64,000 nt of DNA, taken from the IMG/VR virus record IMGVR_UViG_3300020434_000055; one strand, given 5' to 3'. This stretch comes from a virus. Its lineage: Duplodnaviria; Caudoviricetes. The position numbers and the translations under genes are program-made. Below are positions 9,015 through 18,600 of this stretch, piece by piece. Position 1 is the stretch's first letter; every line of letters begins with the position of its first letter. The notes under the pieces were generated by a model, which had not been told where the DNA came from, did no database searches, and saw only the letters and a list, made by a program, of their open reading frames with translations.

Positions 9015-9951
9015 TGCTATCTTTTTAAATGGTGGAGCAGGAAGAATGCTCAATTCAATACCTGCTTTAGAGAATTATCAAAAAGAAAATCCGGATGATG
9101 ATTTTGTAATAGTTTGTGAAGGTGGTACAGATGTTTTAAAAGGACATCCAACGTTACATTTTAGAACTTATGATGCTTGGCATAAAAACATTTTTCAAGA
9201 AATTTTAAAAGATAGAAATATAATTAGTCCAGAACCTTATAGAATTTGGGAATACTATACTCAAAAATGTAGTCTTGCTCAAGCATATGACATTGCACTT
9301 AATAATAAAGGCATAAGAGAATTATCTAAACCTTCAATAAAATTAAGTAAAGATGAAATTTTATATGCTCGAAAAATGTTAACAGAAATAAAAAATAAGA
9401 CTAAAAAAGACAAAGTAATTATAGTACAACCATTTGGACGAGGTATTAAAAAAGAAGATAAAGATATAGTAGACATTACAGGTAGAAGTATTGAAATAAA
9501 AAATCTTTATAATATTGTAAGAAAATTGGCTAAAAATTACAGTATATTAGTTATGACTGAAGTAGCTTTAGAATTTAATAAGCATATGTCAACACCTATT
9601 GCTATGCCACCTAATGTTCATATTAGAATATGGATGGCTTTAATTAAACAATGTGATCACTTTTTAGGTTGTGATAGTGTAGGACAACATATTGCTTATG
9701 CTTTTGATAAAACTACTACAGCTATAATAGGGTCTACATACCCTATTAACACGTCATATCCTGACGAAGAAACGTTTGACATCATAGATTTGGGCAAAGA
9801 TGACCGAGTATATAGCCCTATAAGAATAACTGTAGATGAATTTTCTGACAGAATAAATGAAGGTATAATGGACATGGATGACCAGCAAGAACAAAGGATA
9901 ATTCAGTCAGTTAATAGAATGATAAAACACGGTAAAAATAACCAATCATAA
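9001..9951 (+). CDS. GT-B glycosyltransferase, GT9-like, paralogue B
   Basis: Aligns by eye with 6242..7213 over its length: NGGAGR, EPYRIWEYY, IIVQPFGR, FLGCDSVGQH, YPINTSYP, YSPIRITVDE. Confidence 0.6.
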   Translation: MSRNSAIFLNGGAGRMLNSIPALENYQKENPDDDFVIVCEGGTDVLKGHPTLHFRTYDAWHKNIFQEILKDRNIISPEPYRIWEYYTQKCSLAQAYDIALNNKGIRELSKPSIKLSKDEILYARKMLTEIKNKTKKDKVIIVQPFGRGIKKEDKDIVDITGRSIEIKNLYNIVRKLAKNYSILVMTEVALEFNKHMSTPIAMPPNVHIRIWMALIKQCDHFLGCDSVGQHIAYAFDKTTTAIIGSTYPINTSYPDEETFDIIDLGKDDRVYSPIRITVDEFSDRINEGIMDMDDQQEQRIIQSVNRMIKHGKNNQS

Positions 9952-10017
9952 CCCACTCCCCCACTCAACTCTATCCTAGTAAAATTGGTAAATACATAAT
10001 ATAGAAGGATTTTTCAA

Positions 10018-10434
10018 ATGTTTGATGTGTCAAGATTATTTGGTAAAGGCGACAAAAATACGTTGTTAATGAAAAATGGATTAAATTTTTCATACAGCGG
10101 CCCTTATACTGTGGTAGAAGAAGAGGTGGTTTTAGACCAATGGCACGTTAATACCTTCTGTACAGCAGAGTATACAATATCTGTAGATTACGATACAAAT
10201 AATAAAGAAATTATTAGATGTTTAATGGTAGCTAGTCCTGAAAATAGTTCTCTTACAATTTATGGTAGATCAAATTTAGGAAATGATTTAGTAAAATTAA
10301 CTAGTGCAGTTACTAATTCATATGTACAATTAAAAATAGACCCTGCAAATAAAACAGCAACAACAAAATATACAGGATCAAAAGTTATCTTTAAAGCAAC
10401 ATATTTTCAAACAATAAATGCTTTAAAACTTTAG
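10018..10434 (+). CDS. Hypothetical virion protein
   Basis: 138-aa beta-rich ORF in the structural region, with upstream GTAAATA and AAGGA SD. Confidence 0.5.
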   Translation: MFDVSRLFGKGDKNTLLMKNGLNFSYSGPYTVVEEEVVLDQWHVNTFCTAEYTISVDYDTNNKEIIRCLMVASPENSSLTIYGRSNLGNDLVKLTSAVTNSYVQLKIDPANKTATTKYTGSKVIFKATYFQTINALKL

Positions 10435-10468
10435 AAGGAAAACAAGATAAATATAGAGTGGACATAAA

Positions 10469-12658
10469 ATGGCAGTAAATTATAAACCTTTAGAATCGCA
10501 ATATGGTTATAAATCCCCAGGATTTGTTGTAGATGATACGGGTAATGTAACAGTAAGAACTGTAACCAGCACATATATTCCAACACCAGCTGAATCCGTA
10601 AATTTCATAGTTTCTGAAGATGCAAGTCAATTTACTATGGTGGCACCTTCAGCCGCATCTTATACTCCAACAGCCGCATCATATACACCTTCAACAGGAG
10701 TAATGGTATTAACTATTGGAACACATACTTTACAAGCTGGTAATAAAATTAAAATTGCCCCTAATAGTTTAACATTTACTTGTAACATGGACGGTCACGC
10801 TACTGAAAAAACATATCCAAGGGCAACTGGATCAGCCGCACCTGGTGGAGTAGATTATTTCTATGATAAAGAAATAACACTTACTGGTAGAACAGAAACA
10901 ACAATTACAATGAACGTTGGTGATACTAGTATATCAGGTAACAATCATCCACATACGTTTGTAAGAGCTACTGCTGATTGTGTAACTAATGAGTCTTTAG
11001 GAACTAATCCACTTCTTTCTTTAGAAAGAGGACAAAGTTATGTTTTTAAACTTAATGAATTAAGTTCTTTAACATTTAATACATTTTCACCTGACGGTAA
11101 TAATCCTTTAGTTCCAGGAAATCTTTTTAATGATGGTTTAAAACACGTTACAACTATTACAGGAAATACACTTGTATCTGGTACTTTAACATTTGCTCAA
11201 TCTTGGCAACAAGAAACAGATTATAATAGATCTGTATCTATAGTTGTACCTGATACTGCAAATACTCCTTTACAAGGAAAACAAATACCTGTAGTTATAA
11301 GTTTGCATAATACAAATAAAACAATGGGGAATGGTATTGCAAACATTACATATATGACAGACAAAATTTTAATTGCTCCTCAAGGTTATAATAATGAATG
11401 GAATGTTGGTTATCAAACTAGTAAAGCAAATGATATTGCATTTCTTGATAGCATTATAGAAGAATTAGAAAAGTATGACAATGTAGATACTACAGCTATT
11501 ACAATAGTAGGTAAAGGTAATGGCGGACAGTTAGCACATCAATATGGTTTACAAACAACAAAAACAAATGTTACAAACATAGTAATTGAGTCAGCATTAT
11601 TTCACGAAGATCAATACAGAAAAGATACTAATACGTTTTATGGAATGAATTTAACAAATTTAGGAGATTCAACAGTTGTATCTTGGTCGGCTGTATCAGT
11701 TTTACCTAAAAATATTTTAATGTTTCACGGTGAGGTAGATTTAGTTTTTCCTTATAATGGTGGAACTGTAAGTGGTCAAACTTTTACTAACGCAGAAGAT
11801 ACTATATATGGTTGGGCAAAAGCAAATAATACAGCTGAAGCACAATTAAGCAACTCTGGTGTTACACAATCAGATGGGTCAAACTTATTCTCATATAATT
11901 CTGGTGATGTTCAAATGTATGGATTTCCTAATATAGCACAAAATTGGGACGCATTTCTAACATCAGTTCAAGCAAAAATAAATGCTTTAGCAACACCTAA
12001 TTCTTATTTGAATATTCCAGTAATTACAGATACTACTGAAGGTGATGCACAAGGAAAAGCAACAGGACTTACAACGTGGGAAGTTCCAGTAGATGCTCCA
12101 GATGTATTATTTTATGGAAATAGTAATCGAAATCCTTATGGATCAGTTGCTATTACTAACCCAACTCTTGTAGGAATAGGATCTTTTAGTTCTATTCTTA
12201 ATACAGGAAATTTCTTTAGTTCAGGTGAAGATGCAATTATAACAATGAGTCCAACAGGTACTGGTACTGTAACTATTTCTCCAGCAGGTGGTGGATTTGT
12301 AAACAATGTAAATGTTAATGCAACTAATTTAACAGTAGGTGGAGAAGTAACTATAACACCTAATGAAGATGTAACTATAAGCCCACAAGTAAATGGTACG
12401 TTAGCAATGAACCCTTTATCAAGAGGTGAAATGAATAATATGAATATAGGAGGTTCTATAGCAGGAGATGGGTCTTTTTCTAGTTTAGTTTCTAGCGGAG
12501 GAACGTTAAATAACACTACAATTGGTGTAACTACACCTGCAAATGCTGGGTTCTTAACTGCTACGGCGGAAAACGTTCCGACAGATAAAAAGGACTTAGG
12601 TAATAAAGCGTATATTGATAATACCTCAATGGTATATTCAATTGCATTAGGAGTATAA
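10469..12658 (+). CDS. Virion/fibre protein with internal alpha/beta-hydrolase (PHB-depolymerase/esterase-like) domain lacking catalytic residues
   Basis: N-terminal YTPSTGVMVLTIGTH...LTFTCNMDG...YPR module; central PVVISLH...APQG...W...DIAF...VD...GKGNGG...MFHG..D.VFPYNGG; C-terminal fibre-like region ending YSIALGV. Confidence 0.65.
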   Translation: MAVNYKPLESQYGYKSPGFVVDDTGNVTVRTVTSTYIPTPAESVNFIVSEDASQFTMVAPSAASYTPTAASYTPSTGVMVLTIGTHTLQAGNKIKIAPNSLTFTCNMDGHATEKTYPRATGSAAPGGVDYFYDKEITLTGRTETTITMNVGDTSISGNNHPHTFVRATADCVTNESLGTNPLLSLERGQSYVFKLNELSSLTFNTFSPDGNNPLVPGNLFNDGLKHVTTITGNTLVSGTLTFAQSWQQETDYNRSVSIVVPDTANTPLQGKQIPVVISLHNTNKTMGNGIANITYMTDKILIAPQGYNNEWNVGYQTSKANDIAFLDSIIEELEKYDNVDTTAITIVGKGNGGQLAHQYGLQTTKTNVTNIVIESALFHEDQYRKDTNTFYGMNLTNLGDSTVVSWSAVSVLPKNILMFHGEVDLVFPYNGGTVSGQTFTNAEDTIYGWAKANNTAEAQLSNSGVTQSDGSNLFSYNSGDVQMYGFPNIAQNWDAFLTSVQAKINALATPNSYLNIPVITDTTEGDAQGKATGLTTWEVPVDAPDVLFYGNSNRNPYGSVAITNPTLVGIGSFSSILNTGNFFSSGEDAIITMSPTGTGTVTISPAGGGFVNNVNVNATNLTVGGEVTITPNEDVTISPQVNGTLAMNPLSRGEMNNMNIGGSIAGDGSFSSLVSSGGTLNNTTIGVTTPANAGFLTATAENVPTDKKDLGNKAYIDNTSMVYSIALGV

Positions 12659-12662
12659 TTAA

Positions 12663-15600
12663 ATGGCTAAAAAGAAATTAAAAAATTATATATTTCAAAA
12701 AGGAATTCCTAAAACCGGGAATAACTATCCTATTGCTTGGAATCTACTTGATAAAAACGTAGAATATCTTAAAGATGAAATGTTAGGATATATTAAAGCC
12801 AGCTCAGCTAGAGATACTGCTATTAATTTATATCCTAATTTAGATTCTAGAATTACAAATAATAAAGAATATATTAAAGATGAAGTTGCATCTTGGGTTT
12901 CAGCACGAGTTATTCAAAATGTGGCACCATTTGCTGGTTATACAAAAGCGGCTAATGTTATAGAAGATGATGTTGATGCAGTAATAACTGCTGTTGCACG
13001 TGACGTTAGATATAATGGAAATGAACAAATAAGAGCACAAATAGAAACATATTTTATTGATGGAACACTTCAATTAGCTAATGGTGGCGATCCAGAAATA
13101 GCTTATCTAACTCAAGCTAGAACAATTATAACAGATTTCATTGCAACAGGAGCCACATATTCAAGTACTCAAAATGCAACAACTCAAGATCTAACAGGAT
13201 CAAATGGTGAATCAGGTGGAATAACTGAATTTACTACTAAAGCAAATCAAGTAATTGATACGATTGATAATGGAATTATACAAACTCCAGCTCTTTCTAG
13301 TAGCCCTTATGTATTTGAAAACTTTACTTACGATAAAAGTAAGTGCGATAGAGATTACCAATTTGTTTTAGATGCATTTTTAAATGATTTACGTTATAAT
13401 GGAAATAAATCAACAAGATATATTTCTTCTAAATTTTGGGTTGGATCAACACCTCAATTAGATGGAGATAGACAACCTGAAATACAAACACAATATTGGA
13501 TTAGAGATTTTATAAACAATTATATTTTTACTAATGTAGATGCTTCTAATCAATCTCCTAATGCAAGTACTATTATAAATGCTAATAAAGAATTTATAGG
13601 AGATGAAGTTGCGGCTTGGTTTGATGCAACATATCCAGGTGTTCATAGTCAAACAGAAATAGATAAGTGCGAAAGAGATTCTAAGTTTAATATCGAAGCA
13701 ATAGCACATGATATACAATATGGTGGTAATTCAGAAATAGTTAGAACAGCTAAAAAATATTGGGAAGGTGCCGCTTTAACATTATATCCAAATGAAAGAA
13801 CTTATGCAGTTGCAGTTAATAATAAAATAGAAGAAATTATTAATGGCTATATTCTTACTAATACTCCATGGACGTCATTACAAAGTCCAAGTGTAACTAT
13901 ACAAACAATGGGATCAGGTGAAGGTAGTGCTACTGCTAAAGTAACATCTTTCATCCAAATTCTTAATGCTGTAACATTAAATGGCGTAGGACAACTTCCA
14001 GTAGAAGTACATACTACTTCACATCAAGATCCTATAACTTCTGTTCAATTTACAGATGACAATACATCTGAAAGTCTAGCGTCTAATAGAATATCTACGC
14101 TTTCTTTTATTATTTCTGATGTAATGGAAAATGGATTAGATAATTTACCAGCTTTAGAAAGAAATGAAGTATCTAGTATAAGAGCAGTTGATCCAGCTGG
14201 AAAAATTAAACATGAAGATATTTTATTAGTTACTAATACTACAAGAAATACTGTATTATACAATTTTGCTGACCCTTCTATGGGTTGTGAAGTAGAATAT
14301 GACAGAGGACTAACTGGCAGTTCTCATACAGAGCTTGTTGAAGATACAGATTTTCCTTCTTTCTTAGAAGGTGCAGATACAATATCTACAATATTTTTTA
14401 ACGTAGATACTAGTACACACGAAAACACAGATAGTATACAAGCCTTTATAGAAGCTACAGAACTTAGAGTAAGACCATTTGATTTTGGTACAGATGCAAT
14501 TGAAAGATATAGAATTGCAAAACCTCAATCAATGATTGACGCTGACTTTGAGTATGGTCTTCAGCCAACAAAATGGCAAGCCATTTCAACACAAAGAGGT
14601 TATCCATCAATTTACGAAGTACCGGGTACAGATATTGACGTTGAATCAGTAACAACTGACGCATCAACTAGTACTCAAGGTATAGGTGCTTCATTAATAA
14701 CTGTAAACACAACAGGTCCTCATAACTTGGATGTTGGAGCTCCTATTTCAATTATAGGATTTGCAGGTTCAGGTGTAGAAGGTACAGGTAGAGCAACAGG
14801 ATCATTTGTTGTACATACTATTCCTACAAATAAACAATTAACTTATTATGCTAAAGCTAAAGTTGGTACTTCTGCTGGTGCAGTAATTTCTACAAAATTT
14901 ACTCAAATGCGTAGAGCCGCATTTTATACTGGGGCAGATTTAGGAGAACCAAGTTTTTCTGTTGCAAGTAATGGATCAAGTGGTGCTGTTGTTACATCAA
15001 TAGGCGCAATTCAAGGAGAAACAGTTTTAGCATTTACAGGAACACCTCCTCCTACTGGTGCACCTATTACTGGAACAGGTGTCGCAACAGGTACTCAAGT
15101 TACAGCGATTCAAGGAACAGGTGGAGCCATAGCAACACCAAAAATTAGTGGTGATTATGCCTCAGGAACATCACAAATAAATGTTGTTGATGCATCAGGT
15201 ATAGTTCAAAACTCTGTAATGGATAGAGGAGATGGTTATGCAACAACTATTATAAGTGTTGTAGGTCAAACTTTAGTTTTATCAACTCCATTAAATGGAG
15301 CTTTGATAGGTGATCAAACAGTTTATCCTGAAGTTGCTGGAACTAATGCAACGCCGGCAGGACTTGAGGCAACGTTTAATGTAACCTGGGCAGGTGGAAA
15401 CTATACTGTAACTCTTATTAATACTGGAAATGATTATGTAGTTGGAGATGCAATAGTTATTTTAGGAAATATGTTAAGTGGTACTACTCCTGAAAACGAT
15501 CTTATAATATCAGTAGATGAAGTAGATACTGCAGGAGAAATTCTTGCTTTTACATTTACAGGAGTCTCTTTTGGAGGAACAGGAAGTCTTTCAGGAATAA

Positions 15601-18600
15601 GTGGTACTGTAGCAGGTGGCACCGGAACAGGTGGAACATTTGCATTAACTAAAGATGCTGGAACATATACGATAGCATTAGAAGATAAAACTTACACAGG
15701 TCTTACAGCTACATACGCCGGTAATATATATACTGCTACTACTTGGGACATAACTGTATTAAATGGGGCTTATACTGTCCACACAGTAAACACTTCAGGA
15801 ACAGGACATATTGTAAACGATAAACTTGAAATTTCTGGAGGAAGTTTTGGTGGAAGTTCGGCTAATAATATAGTAATCACAGTTACCAGTGTAGATGGTA
15901 CAGGACAAATTACAGGACATACTATTGTAGGTACTGCTCCAGATATTATTGAATCATATATTAGTCCAGTATGGTCAACAGCAGGTGGTGGAACACTTGC
16001 AACTTTTACTATAACTAGAACAGGTACAGTATATACAGCACAAGTAACAACTCCTGGGGCTGGATTTGCAGTAAGTGATACTGTAGTAATTGATGGAGCA
16101 CTTTTAGGTGGTGCATCAACAACAAATGATTGTACTTTAACTATTAATACAATAGGTGGATCTGGTGACATTTTAACACTTACTCCAACAGGTACAGCAG
16201 TTAATACAAAAGATTTTACAGAAGTTTCTTCATCAGGTTATATAGGAACTGGAGCACAATTTAGTGTTACTAATGTAGTTGGGGCTACTACTTATAGTAG
16301 TATTACTGCAACATCATTAGGAGAAAAATATGGAATAGGACAAGAATTAATAATACTAGGATCAAGTTTAGGCGGTACTGACGGTGTACATGATTTAACT
16401 CTTGCATTAACAGGACCTTTAGGGGCCAATGATGCTGTAGTAGATCAACAATGGACAGACAGTGGTGCGGCACAACCAGGTCCTGAAACAAAAAATTATA
16501 CAGTAAATGATTTATTATTAGCTGGAGGAGTATCCTTAGGAGGTACAGCACCAACTAATGATGCATATGTTACAGTTACAAGTGTAGATGCAAATGGATC
16601 TATTACTGGTATGTCTATAGCAGGTACAGGAACAGATGCTAACGTAGATTATGTTAGTCCAGCATGGACAACATCAGGTTCAGGTGTAGATGCAACGTTT
16701 AGTGTAAACAGAACAGGAACAACATATTCAGTTTCAGTAACAGGTACAGGCTCAGGTTTTGCCGCAACAGATACAGTAACTTTTGCAGGAGATTTACTTG
16801 GTGGTGCTACAACTGCCAATGATTGTACTATTACAGTTGACTCAGTTAGTGCTGGAGCAATTGCTACAATAAGTGCCGCGGCAGGAACATCAGTAAACAC
16901 TCAAACTTTTTCACCAGCATCAATATCTGCAAGAGTAGGTACATCGGCCACTTTTGATGTTGACATAGCAGGTGGAAATTATACAGTATCTTTGAATCAA
17001 GGAGGATCAAATTATTGGGTTGGTCAAGAAATTACACTTCCTGGTACAATATTATATGGTAGTTCAACAGCAAATGATTTAGTAATTACTATTACAGCCA
17101 TTGATGCTGTTGCCACAGGTGTCATTACAACATTTAATTCGGCGGGAAGTGCCAATACTGGAACAGGTGGAATATCTACTGTTATGAGCGGTCAAAATAG
17201 AGCAATGACAGGAGTAGGTGGTACGTTTAGTGTAACAAGATCTTATTCAGAAGATTCTTCAACAACATATACTGAATGTCAAGTAACTTCTCCAGGTTCT
17301 AATTATAACGTAGGAGACAGACTTACTATATCAGGAGCAAGTTTAGGTGGAACTACACCAGCCAATGATCTCGAAGTTTTAGTTCAAGCAGTAAGTTCAG
17401 CAGGAGCCGTAACAGCAAATACTCACTCAGGTACTGCTATAGTAGGAACGGGTGTAACAGTTTATTCAAGTATAACGATATCTGATGCAACAACGACAAG
17501 TATTCCAAATGGAACTACATTAACTTATACTGCGATAGCAACTATGGAAGTAACTTTCTTAACTCCACATGGATTAGTTCCAGGTGCAGGATTCCTTGTA
17601 ACAATTGGATCTGATGACGGATCTAATAATCATATATTAGCATCAGGACCAGGTCTTGTTACAGAAATTCCTTCTCCTACGAAATTTAGATATCAGGTTA
17701 GATCTCCAGGAACAATTACAGATGCTCAATGGTCAGGATTCGTATATGTTAGACCAGATTCATTCTTTGTACATAGACCATTTGATGGAGGTGTTATGTT
17801 AGGAACAGGTGGACCACAACATGGTGCACAGGCGATAAGACAATCTAAAAAATATATTAGATATCAATCAGGTAAAGGTATTATGTATACAACAGGTGCC
17901 TTGTTTGCTCCATCTTATGATATTTTAAATGTTGTAGCAGATGGTAAAGCAGTAGGATCAGTAATAACAATTACTACAGATGAAATTGATCACGGACTAC
18001 AAGTTGGTGCAATAATAAAATTAATAGGAATAACACAACAAGAATATAATGATACCTATACAATAACTCAAATTATAAGTGAAAGAGTATTTAAAACTAC
18101 TGCACAAAGTACTTTAAGTATATTACAACCTGAATTTTCTGATCAACCTCAAGTATCATTAAAAAATTGGAATGGTGCAACAGTAAGATCAGGAATATTT
18201 GATGATCAAAACGGAATTTTTTGGGAATATGATGGTGTAAATCTTGCACTTACACAAAGAACAGCTACAAGACAATTAGCAGGTACAATTGCAGTAACAC
18301 CTGATTCTAATACAGTAAATGGTACAGGTACAAGATTTAGAGAACAATTAAAATCTGGTGATAGAATAGTAATAAGAGGTATGACTCACGTTGTATCGAA
18401 CGTTTCTTCTAACACAGAGATGTATGTAACTCCAGATTATAGAGGAGTTAATCCTTCTTCAGGTGTTAAAAGTTGTTTAATACTTGACAAAAAAACTAAA
18501 CAAAGTGACTGGAATTTAGATAAAGTAGATGGAACAGGACCTAGTGGTTATGATTTAGATGTCTCTAAGATGCAGATGGTAGGAATTCAAATGTCCTGGT

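Noticed and set aside
10650-10692. 21-bp tandem duplication (AASYTP x2)
   Set aside because: A short in-frame coding duplication with no sign of a variable-number array.
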